A stretch of 64,000 nucleotides of DNA from an uncultured Arcobacteraceae bacterium (GCA_964022095.1 CAXHZO010000001.1:256001-320000); one strand, 5' to 3'; positions 50,394-60,154 are shown, counted from the first letter of the stretch. The notes: a model not told the origin generated them from the letters alone. A program made the numbers and translations.

Positions 50394-51350
50394 TTATTTT
50401 TCAAAGTCCCAGAAAGTTTTTGTTTGTAAATAATTACTATTTTTAACTAATTTTCTACCACCCTGCTTTAGAAGAATCTCAAATATTTTTGAAGAATCTT
50501 TAATGTTTTTCTTTGTAAAATCTTTAATTACACCTGCTTTATAACCATCTATTAATGCATTAAAAGTTTTTTCATCTTTCACGTTCATTAATGGTTTAAT
50601 TCTCTCCCACTCTTTTTTATTATTTATTAAAATATCTTTTGCTTCATGTGTAGCTTTTATAAAAGAGTTATATAATTTTTTATTTTCTAAAGCAATATCT
50701 CTTCTAAAAGTCCATCCAACAGTTGAAATATCTTCTTTTATTCCAAAAGAAGCAAATACATCTTTAATTCTTATAAATTCTTTCGCCCCTTTTGCTTTAA
50801 CTTTTGCATTAAAATGCCAAAAATTAATTGCTCCATCTAATGAGCCATCTAATACTTTTTTCATTAAAATTGGAGGAGCAGCAAAAACTGGCTTAATTAT
50901 ATTTTTCAAATCTTTACCATATTTTAACTTTGAATAAGCCCTTAAGATTAGCCATGTTTTATCAACAGGACCTCCAGCAATACCTATACTTTGTCCTTCC
51001 AAATCTAAAATAGTTTTTGCATTATTATTTTTGTTTATATACATAGTGCCATTAGCTTTTGAATAAGGATAAAAAGTAAAATCTTTACCACTCGCTCTTT
51101 GAGTATTAACCCAAATCCAATCAGTAACAAAAATATCTACACTTTTAGATTGAAAGGCAACAGAGGTGGCATTTTTTGATGCTAATTTAACAATATCTAA
51201 ATCAAAGCCATATTTTTTATCTAATTTATGATGTTTTATTACATTTAGTTCCCAATTTACAGTACCAAAGGCAAGAACTCCAACTTTTAATTTTTCACTT
51301 GCACTAAGATTCAAAATTAATAAAAAGATTAAAAAATTCACTTTTTTCAT
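50394..51350 (-). CDS. NMT1/TauA-type ABC substrate-binding protein, PqqT-like (putative PQQ binding)
   Basis: FGTVNWEL..IKHH.LD, DWIWV..QR and AGGPVDKTW; a family I recognise from xoxF/PQQ clusters. The PqqT assignment is from recall. Confidence 0.65.
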   Translation of the reverse strand: MKKVNFLIFLLILNLSASEKLKVGVLAFGTVNWELNVIKHHKLDKKYGFDLDIVKLASKNATSVAFQSKSVDIFVTDWIWVNTQRASGKDFTFYPYSKANGTMYINKNNNAKTILDLEGQSIGIAGGPVDKTWLILRAYSKLKYGKDLKNIIKPVFAAPPILMKKVLDGSLDGAINFWHFNAKVKAKGAKEFIRIKDVFASFGIKEDISTVGWTFRRDIALENKKLYNSFIKATHEAKDILINNKKEWERIKPLMNVKDEKTFNALIDGYKAGVIKDFTKKNIKDSSKIFEILLKQGGRKLVKNSNYLQTKTFWDFEK

Positions 51351-51379
51351 ACAATTTATCCTTAAAGTTATTTAATGAA

Positions 51380-51411
51380 ATTGTATATGAGTTTTATAGC
51401 ATAAATTTAGC
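51380..51411 (-). promoter_or_regulatory. GCTA-N7-GCTA box plus -10 TACAAT for the PqqT-like ABC operon
   Basis: TAGC at 51397 and 51408; ATTGTA at 51380-51385. Confidence 0.85.
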
Positions 51412-51433
51412 ATTTGATGATTCTTTTTTAAAT

Positions 51434-51465
51434 GCTATAATGAGGCTATAAAAAGAGTCTATAAT
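51434..51465 (+). promoter_or_regulatory. GCTA-N7-GCTA box plus -10 TATAAT for the pedF operon
   Basis: GCTA at 51434 and 51445; TATAAT at 51460-51465. Confidence 0.85.
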
Positions 51466-51500
51466 TCCATTAACAAAAATTTTTATTTAAGGATGAGTAT

Positions 51501-51932
51501 ATGAAAAATATTCAAAAAATTGGATTAGCTACACTATTTTCTGCAGTAGTAGCATTTGGACATGGAAGTGTTACACCTCAAGCTATTGATTTAGCTGCTG
51601 TTGAAAAAGCTGGTGTAAAATTACTTGGTGAAGAATTATTAGATGAAAATCCATATAAAACAACTGATGATAAAGTAATTGAATTTGGTAAAGTACAATA
51701 TGCTGAAAACTGTGCTAGATGTCATGGATTAGATGCTGTTTCTGGTGGAATTGCTCCTGATTTAAGATACTTAGAAGATGGTATGGATGGTGATGAATGG
51801 TTCACTGATAGATTCATGAATGGTGCAGTTAGAAACGGTAACGTTTATATGCCTCCATTTGAAGGTATCTTACCACAAGAAGCAATGTGGGCAATTAGAA
51901 CTTACGTTCAAGCTTTACCAAAAGAAGACTAA
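51501..51932 (+). CDS. pedF: Cytochrome c550 (PedF/ExaB)
   Basis: HGSVTPQAID, CARCHG, SGGIAPDLR, YMPPF. Confidence 0.93.
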   Translation: MKNIQKIGLATLFSAVVAFGHGSVTPQAIDLAAVEKAGVKLLGEELLDENPYKTTDDKVIEFGKVQYAENCARCHGLDAVSGGIAPDLRYLEDGMDGDEWFTDRFMNGAVRNGNVYMPPFEGILPQEAMWAIRTYVQALPKED

Positions 51933-51942
51933 AAGGTAAACA

Positions 51943-52815
51943 ATGATTAATATTTTTAAATCGTTTTTTTTAGTAATTTTATTTACACTTTTTGCACATG
52001 CAAGAAGTATAGAAGAAATCCAAGAGAGTGGAGAAGTTTATATAGCAGTATATGAAAACTTCCCTCCTTACTCTTTTACTAAAAATGGTAAATTAGTAGG
52101 TGTTGATGTAGATTTAGGTAATGAGATTGCTAAGTCCCTAAATGTTAAACCTATTTTTTATCAGACAGGTACAGATGAGACTTTGTCAGACGATTTAAGA
52201 AATAATCTTTGGAAAGGTAATCTAGTTCATAAGCACAAAGCGGACATCATGTTCAGAGTTCCTTATGACTATGATTACTTAAGATTAAAAGATGACTATA
52301 CTGGTGAATTACAAAATGAAATGGTTACTATTAAAGGACCATATCAAAGTGAAAAATGGGTTATAGCAACTCATAAAAAAATTATCCCAGAATTTAAAAA
52401 TCTTGCTATGTTTGCATATCATACAATTGGTGTAGAGTTAGACACTCTTCCTGATAATCATTTATCTGGTTTCGCAAGAGGTTTAATTAGAGAAAAAGTT
52501 AAGCACTATTTTAGATATGAAGATGCAGTAAAAGATTTTTTAGATGGAAAACTTGATGCCATTGCAGGTTTAAGATCACAACTTGAGTATTATTTAGATT
52601 ATAACAATAATAAAGATAAGTACTACATGAGTGATAGTATTCCTCAAATGAAATCACATTGGGATTTAGCAGTAGCTGTTGAAAGCCTTTATAGACCGTT
52701 AGGTTATCACATCGCTGGCCTAATTTCTAAAAAATATAATAATGGTGAAATTAAGAAAATCTTTGAAAAATATGGAGTAAATTATCTTCCTCCAATTTCT
52801 AGAACGGCTCAATAA
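51943..52815 (+). CDS. Periplasmic solute-binding family 3 protein associated with quinoproteins (PedG/MxaJ-like)
   Basis: AVYENFPPYS, GVDVDLG, DETLSDDLRNNLWKG, ADIMFRVPYD. Confidence 0.8.
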   Translation: MINIFKSFFLVILFTLFAHARSIEEIQESGEVYIAVYENFPPYSFTKNGKLVGVDVDLGNEIAKSLNVKPIFYQTGTDETLSDDLRNNLWKGNLVHKHKADIMFRVPYDYDYLRLKDDYTGELQNEMVTIKGPYQSEKWVIATHKKIIPEFKNLAMFAYHTIGVELDTLPDNHLSGFARGLIREKVKHYFRYEDAVKDFLDGKLDAIAGLRSQLEYYLDYNNNKDKYYMSDSIPQMKSHWDLAVAVESLYRPLGYHIAGLISKKYNNGEIKKIFEKYGVNYLPPISRTAQ

Positions 52816-52831
52816 TAAAAAAGGAATTATC

Positions 52832-53569
52832 ATGAAACATATATTCTTCTTCATTATGGTGTTTTTAGTTAGTACCGCAAACGCTAAAAACCCAATCATA
52901 TCTCCAACATTTGACGACCTAGTAAAATCCATGATCAATGGAGAGGAATATATCTTTGATGATAAAAATATCATAATGAAAGTACCTAAGTTTGCAGATA
53001 ACCCTGTACAAGTACCCATTTATGTAAATGCAACAAAAATCAAAGATGCCCAAAGAATGATTATCTTTGCAGATTTAAACCCAATTGCAGAAATTGTTGA
53101 TATGCCAACTACAAACTTATTGCCTATTTTTTCTTCTAATATAAAAGTAGCTCAAGAAACTCCACTTAGAGCATTAATAAAAGATAGTTCTGGCCTTTGG
53201 CATGTAGGAAGTATTAATATTAATAGTAATGGTGGAGGTTGTGACATCTCTTCTCAGGCTTCACAAGATAGTAAGTTTGCAGAATTTTTAGGCCAAACAA
53301 AAGGTCAAACTTTTGATAAGAAAGATGGTGTAACAAGAATCAAAGCCTCAGTTTTTCATCCAATGGAAACAGGTTTAATTTTTGGTAATTCAAAATTTTA
53401 TGTTCATACAGTAGAAATTAAAGATGGGAATAAATTAATTGACAAAATTAAATTATCTCCTGCAATTAGTGAAAACCCTAGACTTATTTTTGAAACAAAA
53501 AGTAAATTTAAAAACTTAAATATTCTTTTCAGAGATAATGATGCAAATGAATTTGAATTAGAGTTATAA
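52832..53569 (+). CDS. Quinoprotein dehydrogenase-associated fused SoxYZ-like carrier
   Basis: ADLNPI, GGGC, HPMETGL, ISENP motifs. Confidence 0.88.
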   Translation: MKHIFFFIMVFLVSTANAKNPIISPTFDDLVKSMINGEEYIFDDKNIIMKVPKFADNPVQVPIYVNATKIKDAQRMIIFADLNPIAEIVDMPTTNLLPIFSSNIKVAQETPLRALIKDSSGLWHVGSININSNGGGCDISSQASQDSKFAEFLGQTKGQTFDKKDGVTRIKASVFHPMETGLIFGNSKFYVHTVEIKDGNKLIDKIKLSPAISENPRLIFETKSKFKNLNILFRDNDANEFELEL

Positions 53570-54456
53570 TGAAAAAGCTAATTTTACTAGTTTGTAGTCT
53601 TAGTTATTTATTTGCATATGACTTTAATTTAAAGCCTATAAAATTATCAGAAAACAGCTACTATTTTGAAGGTAAAAAAGAGTACTTTTCACCTTCAAAT
53701 GGTGGTGACATTTCAAATAGTTCATTTATAATTGCAAAGAACTCTGTAATCTTAATTGATACAGGAACTACTGTCGCTTATGCTGAAGCACTTAAAAAAG
53801 AAATAAAAAAAATCACTGATAAACCTATTAAATACATTATAAATACACATCATCACCCTGATCACTTTTTAGGTAACTATGCCTTTAAAGATGTTGAAAT
53901 TTATGCAACTGACTTTACAAAAAACGATATAGAATCTCATGGTGAACTATATGTAAGTAATATTGTAAACCTAGTAGGAGAAACTGCTTATACAACAAGA
54001 TCAAAAGCTCCAAATAAAATACTAAAAGAAGGTAAGTTATCACTAGATGGATATGATCTTGAGGTATTCTTTTTTGATGGGCATACAAAAAGTGATACTG
54101 TAATTTTAGATAAAAATACAAAAACACTTTATACTTCTGATTTAATTTTTAATCAAAGAGCCCTAGCAACTCCACATGCTAATATTCCACTATGGATAGA
54201 ATCTCTTAAAAAACTAAAAGAGTTTAATTTTGATACTTTAGTGCCAGGTCATGGGAAGGTTACACACTCAAAGAATGTAATTGATGAAAATATAAGATAT
54301 TTAGAGTTTTTAGATACTACATTAAAAGAAGCAAATTCAAATGGTTTAGATGTATTTGAAGTTCTTTTACAAGATGTTCCTAAAGAGTTTAGTGACTATT
54401 CAATGTTTCAAGAAGAGTATGAAAGAAGTATTATAAATTTATTTAAAAAATACTAA
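53569..54456 (+). CDS. Quinoprotein relay system zinc metallohydrolase (SoxH-like MBL fold)
   Basis: NGGDISN, THHHPDHFLGN, GHT, VPGHG. Confidence 0.88.
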   Translation: MKKLILLVCSLSYLFAYDFNLKPIKLSENSYYFEGKKEYFSPSNGGDISNSSFIIAKNSVILIDTGTTVAYAEALKKEIKKITDKPIKYIINTHHHPDHFLGNYAFKDVEIYATDFTKNDIESHGELYVSNIVNLVGETAYTTRSKAPNKILKEGKLSLDGYDLEVFFFDGHTKSDTVILDKNTKTLYTSDLIFNQRALATPHANIPLWIESLKKLKEFNFDTLVPGHGKVTHSKNVIDENIRYLEFLDTTLKEANSNGLDVFEVLLQDVPKEFSDYSMFQEEYERSIINLFKKY

Positions 54457-54479
54457 TTTATACTTTTAGAAAAGTTAGA

Positions 54480-55913
54480 TTATTTATCTAACTCTTCTAT
54501 AAATTTCGCCATCATTCTTACACCACATCCTGTAGCACCGTAAGGATTATACCCCCAGTTTTCTTTTCTATATGATGGTCCTGCAATATCAAAATGAAGC
54601 CATTTATTTTTGTTTTCTTTTTCAATAAAATTTGCTAAAAATAGACTTGCTGTAATTGCTCCACCATTTTTATTAGAACTAGTATTTGTCATATCTGCAA
54701 TTGCACTTTGTAATTTATTTTCCATGTATTGATTAAATGGTAAAAATCCAACTAATTCACCAGATTTTTTTGATACTTTTGAAATTTTGTTCTTTAGTTT
54801 TTCACTATAACCCATAACTGCAGTTGTATATCCACCAAATGCCCCAATACTAGAACCAGTTAATGTAGCAAAATCAAATAAGTAATCAATATCTTTAATA
54901 TTCTTTTGAGCAAATGTTAAACAATCTGCTAGAACTAATCTTCCTTCTGCATCAGTGTTTGTAACTTCTACAGTTTTTCCATTGTATGTTTTAATTACAT
55001 CATCAGGTTTATAAGCATCACCACCAATCATATTTTCAACTGCACCTAAAATACCATGGACTTCAACATTTACATCATGTTTACTTAAAAAGTCCATTAG
55101 TCCTAAAATTGCAATAGCTCCACCTTTATCAATTTTCATTGATACCATACCATCGCCTCTTTTTAGACTTAGTCCACCTGTGTCATAAGTTAATCCCTTA
55201 CCTACTAATACAATTTTAGCTTTTGGATTTTTTGGAGTATAAGATAAATGAATTAATTGAGATTCATGTCTTGAAGCTCTACCCACACTATACATAGTAT
55301 TCATACCTACTTCTTGTAAATAATCTTCACCATATACATCACATTTAACTTTTGAATTCTTCGCAATTTTTTTCGCATCATCTGCCATAGTTTTTGGATA
55401 ATAATCTTCAGGAGGAGTATTAACTATATCCCTTACTAAATTAACACTATCACAAAGTTTAATTGCAGTATTTAATTCTTCTTCTAATCTTGAATACTTT
55501 TTATCAGATCTTTTTGTACTAATTGTTATCTCAAACTCTTTTTTACTTGGCTTTTTCAAATATTTATCAAAACTATATGAACCTAATAATAAACCTTCAA
55601 CAATATCTTGAATATTTAGCTCTTTTTTTACTTGAAGTAAATCAAGTTTAATTGAACTGATTTTATATGATTTAATACTATTAAATGCTTTTGAAAAAGC
55701 TATTTTAATAGTTTCTTTATCTTTACTAGAGATATAAACATAAACTTTTTTATCATTTAATGATACATGAGTATTAAATGCACTTTTAAAAAAATTGATT
55801 TCTTCTAATATTTTTTTTGTAGATTTATCTAGATTTTTCTTATTTTTAACTAATACAATTTCTAAATCTGATTGTATTTTTTCTATTTTTTCTTTATTTA
55901 AAACTATATTCAT
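54480..55913 (-). CDS. pepA: Leucyl aminopeptidase (M17)
   Basis: VGKGLTYDTGGLSLK, NTDAEGRLVLAD, ATLTG, HFDIAG. Confidence 0.95.
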   Translation of the reverse strand: MNIVLNKEKIEKIQSDLEIVLVKNKKNLDKSTKKILEEINFFKSAFNTHVSLNDKKVYVYISSKDKETIKIAFSKAFNSIKSYKISSIKLDLLQVKKELNIQDIVEGLLLGSYSFDKYLKKPSKKEFEITISTKRSDKKYSRLEEELNTAIKLCDSVNLVRDIVNTPPEDYYPKTMADDAKKIAKNSKVKCDVYGEDYLQEVGMNTMYSVGRASRHESQLIHLSYTPKNPKAKIVLVGKGLTYDTGGLSLKRGDGMVSMKIDKGGAIAILGLMDFLSKHDVNVEVHGILGAVENMIGGDAYKPDDVIKTYNGKTVEVTNTDAEGRLVLADCLTFAQKNIKDIDYLFDFATLTGSSIGAFGGYTTAVMGYSEKLKNKISKVSKKSGELVGFLPFNQYMENKLQSAIADMTNTSSNKNGGAITASLFLANFIEKENKNKWLHFDIAGPSYRKENWGYNPYGATGCGVRMMAKFIEELDK

Positions 55914-55967
55914 ATGCTAAATCCTTTGTGCATATTATATAGTTTTAAATTGAAAGAGGGATTTTAT

Positions 55968-58532
55968 TTATATAGTTTCTCTGAATTTTTTTGCATTTGC
56001 ATTTGATACTACTTTTTGAGCAATCTGCAATGTACTAACAGCAATTTCATGTGTTGCTCCAGCAATTGATGCATTTTGTTGTGTTTGTCTGTCAAGTGAG
56101 TTTATAGCATCATTAATTTGCTCTATTCCTTGAAGTTGTTCTTTTGATGATTCATTTACACTATTAATCAAAGTTATAGTTTTATTTATATTCTTACTTA
56201 AGTCATTATAGCCATGAATCATTTCATCTGCTATTGATTTACCTTCATTGGACTTATTTGTTGCATTTTCAACTAAACTTTTTATTTCGCTTGCAGCTTG
56301 TGCACTTCTACTTGCTAAATTTCTGACTTCAGCAGCAACCACTGCAAAACCTTTTCCAGCTTCACCAGCAGTTGCAGCTTCAACTGCAGCATTAAGTGAA
56401 AGAATATTTGTTTGGAATGCAATTTGATCAATTACTTCAATTGCATCATTTATTGAGCTAACTTGTGAGTTAATCTCTTCCATTGATATAACAGTTTGAT
56501 TTGCTAAATTTTCACCTTGAGAAACTGAACTTGATAGATCATTTGCATATGATGTCATAGATGAAATATTATTAGTACTTTGTTTTATATTACTTGTTAT
56601 TTCTTCAACAGCAGCTGCTGTTTCTTCAATTCTTGAGGCAGCTTCATTTGAAGCATTATTTAATTCATCAACATTAGATAATAAAGTATTTGAACCTTCC
56701 TCTAAAGTCACACCATTTTTTTTATTTTCAATTAGCATTACTGTAATTGCATCGCCTAAAGAGTTAATACCATTTATCATCTTTTTAGAGTCACCTTCAA
56801 CCCCATTAATTTGAATTTTTTGCATATAATCATAATTAGTATATTGATGCAGTGTTTCTAAAATACAATTTATAACTTTTTGCTGATTATCAAGCATTTT
56901 ATTTATTGTTAATGCTAAAGTTTTTACTTGTGGGTTGGAAGGAACAGATCTAACTCTACATGAGTAGTAACCTTTCTCAACTTTATCAAGAGTAATAGCA
57001 GCTTCTCCTACGCATAATAAATCTTTTTCTAAATCTTTATTAATTTTATCAATATTACTATTTATCATATTAGCTAAATCACCTAATTCATCTTCTGACT
57101 CATAGTTTATATATTCTAATTCATTTATATCTTTATTTAAATATCTCATAAATTGATTTGTACCTAAATGTACATTTTCAATTGCATCTTTTAGTATTCT
57201 ATTTACTTTAAACACAACAAATATAATAAATACAATTGCTAAAAGAGTAAATCCTAAAGTAAAATATACTTTTTTCTCAATAGCAGAAATTTCATTATTC
57301 ACATTTTCAATTAATTTAGCAGCTAAAATATTTTCAGAATTTTGTAAAGAATCAATTCTTTTTGTATATTCATCAAACCAATAATTTGCTTCAGTACCTA
57401 AAAAGTTTTCTATTAAATTTGATAACTCTTTTTTTAACTTATTATAATTAACTCTAGCTAGGGAATCTATTTTAGTGAAGTCACTATTATCAGATGCAAA
57501 TTGATTATCAGCTTCAATTATATTTTTTCTTATTTGAATTGGTAAGCTTTCTAATTGATTAAGAATTTTTTCTTCTTTATCTTCATACTCACCTAATTTT
57601 TTATATTTAGTTAAAGTATCTTCAAATTTTTTTATACCAGAAATTGACCTTTTTTTATAGATATTTCTAATTTTTAAAATGTAACTTCTATAATTATTCA
57701 GAACTTCATTATCCATTAAATTTTTTAGTTCACTAAGATAAGCTACTTTTCTTTCAAAGTTAAGCAATTTCTTCCTCATTTTTTCTAATTCGTCAAAATT
57801 AGAATATGATACTTTTGAATCTTTTATTTCTTCTTCTAAAGAGTAGCTATAAAATGTATCTAAAAAGTTATCTTGAGTTACGATACTATCAACAAATTTT
57901 GTGTATAAATCTTCTCTATATCCTTTGTAGTAAAAAGTATCTGTACCAATAATTCTTTCTACGCTAGATTTTTCTTTTATATATATAAAATTATAGTAGG
58001 CAGTAATTTCATTTGCTATTTTTGCATTTGTTGCTAAAGTTGATGTTTTAGAGACAAATTCAATTAAATTATTATTCATATTTGTATAGAAATCTAATTG
58101 ATCTTTAAAAGATATAGTTAAGTTCTCAGTATCATTTCTAAGTTTTTTTAATTTAGCAAGATTTTTTTTAAAATCTTTTATATATCGATCACCTTTAATT
58201 GGCAAGATATCATAGTCAATACTATTAAAAATACTTATCAAATTTTCTATATCTTTGTCGGTATTATCTCTTATTTGTTTCAGTTGTGATTTATACTCTA
58301 AACCATCACTTATTAAATAAAAACCACTCTTATCTCTTTCAATTTGTAAGCTATGAACTACTTGAGAAATTAAAGTATCTAACTTTATATTTTCACTTAA
58401 TACTCTTGCTTCTTTTTTTTGAATAAAGCCATCGTAAGAAATTTTAAAAAACATTATAAATAAAAATAGTATTGGCAAAAAAACTAGTAGGAATAATTTA
58501 TGTTTAATTTTTAGATTTTTTATTATATTCAT
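55968..58532 (-). CDS. Methyl-accepting chemotaxis protein with NIT-like periplasmic domain
   Basis: Two TM helices; VHSLQIER..S and KE...ER motifs; MCP signalling domain. Confidence 0.88.
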   Translation of the reverse strand: MNIIKNLKIKHKLFLLVFLPILFLFIMFFKISYDGFIQKKEARVLSENIKLDTLISQVVHSLQIERDKSGFYLISDGLEYKSQLKQIRDNTDKDIENLISIFNSIDYDILPIKGDRYIKDFKKNLAKLKKLRNDTENLTISFKDQLDFYTNMNNNLIEFVSKTSTLATNAKIANEITAYYNFIYIKEKSSVERIIGTDTFYYKGYREDLYTKFVDSIVTQDNFLDTFYSYSLEEEIKDSKVSYSNFDELEKMRKKLLNFERKVAYLSELKNLMDNEVLNNYRSYILKIRNIYKKRSISGIKKFEDTLTKYKKLGEYEDKEEKILNQLESLPIQIRKNIIEADNQFASDNSDFTKIDSLARVNYNKLKKELSNLIENFLGTEANYWFDEYTKRIDSLQNSENILAAKLIENVNNEISAIEKKVYFTLGFTLLAIVFIIFVVFKVNRILKDAIENVHLGTNQFMRYLNKDINELEYINYESEDELGDLANMINSNIDKINKDLEKDLLCVGEAAITLDKVEKGYYSCRVRSVPSNPQVKTLALTINKMLDNQQKVINCILETLHQYTNYDYMQKIQINGVEGDSKKMINGINSLGDAITVMLIENKKNGVTLEEGSNTLLSNVDELNNASNEAASRIEETAAAVEEITSNIKQSTNNISSMTSYANDLSSSVSQGENLANQTVISMEEINSQVSSINDAIEVIDQIAFQTNILSLNAAVEAATAGEAGKGFAVVAAEVRNLASRSAQAASEIKSLVENATNKSNEGKSIADEMIHGYNDLSKNINKTITLINSVNESSKEQLQGIEQINDAINSLDRQTQQNASIAGATHEIAVSTLQIAQKVVSNANAKKFRETI

Positions 58533-58537
58533 CTTAT

Positions 58538-58927
58538 TTACCTCATTTTCTTATAAATATTTTCATATTTATTTATCTCATCACTTGAGGCCATTCTTCT
58601 ACAAGATATATATCCCTTTGAACCATCACAAGAAGTGAATGGAAATACTGTTGCAAATACCCAGTAGTATTTTCCTTTTTTAGTTCTATTTTTTACAAAA
58701 CCTTTCCAGGCCTTTCCACTTTTAACAGTTGTCCACAAATCTTCAAATGCTTGTTTTGGCATATCTGAATGTCTCACTATATTATGAGGTTTTCCTATTA
58801 ATTCATCTAATGTATATTCTGCAAATTCACAAAATTCTTGATTAGCATATTTAATAATTCCTTTTTCATCTGTTTCTGAGAGTAAAAATGATTCAGGAGA
58901 CAATTTTAATTCTAAATTGTTATTCAT
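58538..58927 (-). CDS. Stand-alone Aer-type PAS protein (CetB-like)
   Basis: [37 protein letters not shown]. Confidence 0.9.
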   Translation of the reverse strand: MNNNLELKLSPESFLLSETDEKGIIKYANQEFCEFAEYTLDELIGKPHNIVRHSDMPKQAFEDLWTTVKSGKAWKGFVKNRTKKGKYYWVFATVFPFTSCDGSKGYISCRRMASSDEINKYENIYKKMR

Positions 58928-59024
58928 TCTCTTCCTTAGTTATTTTTTAGGAAGTTTACACAAGAACTGTTACAATTCAATTACTTCAGAATATATTAAA
59001 AAATTATTTTATTTAAAAAAGAGG

Positions 59025-59052
59025 TATAAAACTAGCATTTGCTAGTTTTATA
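59025..59052 (-). terminator. Terminator after fbaA
   Basis: TATAAAACTAGCA-tt-TGCTAGTTTTATA. Confidence 0.65.
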
Positions 59053-59063
59053 TGAAGAAGTGT

Positions 59064-60131
59064 TTAGTTTTTACCTAAACAATTTAAATCAGAAAATGCA
59101 GTTTCAAGTCTAGCTATCATACTTTCTTGACCAGCTCTTAACCATTTTCTTGGATCATAATAAGATTTATTGGGTTTATCTTCACCCTCTGGGTTACCAA
59201 TTTGACCTTGTAAGTAGTCATAGTTTTTAGCTGTGAATTCCCTTACTCCATCCCAAGTTGCCCATTGAGTGTCTGTATCAATATTCATTTTAATTACACC
59301 ATAATCAATAGCTTCTCTAATCTCTTCTAATGCAGACCCAGACCCACCATGGAATACAAAGTCAACTGGTTGAGAACAGCTTGAATGTTTTTCACTAATA
59401 AATTTTTGTGAGTTATCTAAAATTTTTGGAGATAATACAACATTCCCTGGTTTGTAAACACCATGAACATTACCAAATGAAGCTGCAATAGTAAAGTTTT
59501 CACCAACTTTGCTTAACTCTTCATATGCATAACATACCTCTTCTGGTTGTGTATATAAAAGTGAATTATCAACATCTGTATTATCAACACCATCTTCTTC
59601 ACCACCAGTAATTCCTAACTCAATTTCAATCATCATATCAAGTTCATTCATCACTTTAAAATAATCAGCACAAGTACCAATATTCTCTTCTAATGGCTCT
59701 TCTGATAAATCTAACATATGAGAAGTAAATAAAGGTCTTCCAGTTTTCTCAAAACTTTCTTTACTAGCTTCTAATAAACCATCAATCCATGGTAATAGTT
59801 TTCTAGCTGCATGGTCTGTATGTAAAACAACAGGAACTCCATAAGCTTTAGCCATAGTATGAACATGGTTTGCTCCACTAATAGCTCCTAAAACTGCAGC
59901 ATTTGAATCTTTTAATCCTTTACCAGCATAAAATCCAGCTCCTCCATTTGAAAACTGAACGATAATTGGAGAATTAACTTTCGATGCAGCTTCTAATACT
60001 GAATTTATTGAATCTGTTCCTACTACATTAACAGCTGGAATTGCAAATTTATTGCTTTTTGCATAATCAAAAAGTTTTTTTGCTTCACTACCTGTTAATA
60101 CACCTGCTTTTACTACGTCTAATGCACCCAT
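59064..60131 (-). CDS. fbaA: Class II fructose-bisphosphate aldolase
   Basis: HTDH, GGEEDG, FGNVHGVYKPG, VFHGGSG, YYDPRKWLR. Confidence 0.98.
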   Translation of the reverse strand: MGALDVVKAGVLTGSEAKKLFDYAKSNKFAIPAVNVVGTDSINSVLEAASKVNSPIIVQFSNGGAGFYAGKGLKDSNAAVLGAISGANHVHTMAKAYGVPVVLHTDHAARKLLPWIDGLLEASKESFEKTGRPLFTSHMLDLSEEPLEENIGTCADYFKVMNELDMMIEIELGITGGEEDGVDNTDVDNSLLYTQPEEVCYAYEELSKVGENFTIAASFGNVHGVYKPGNVVLSPKILDNSQKFISEKHSSCSQPVDFVFHGGSGSALEEIREAIDYGVIKMNIDTDTQWATWDGVREFTAKNYDYLQGQIGNPEGEDKPNKSYYDPRKWLRAGQESMIARLETAFSDLNCLGKN

Positions 60132-60154
60132 TTTAAATCCCCTTGTGTAATTAA

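Noticed and set aside
24575-54456. Recent mobile genomic island
   Set aside because: No integrase, transposase, tRNA or flanking direct repeat was seen, and composition looks like the flanks by eye.
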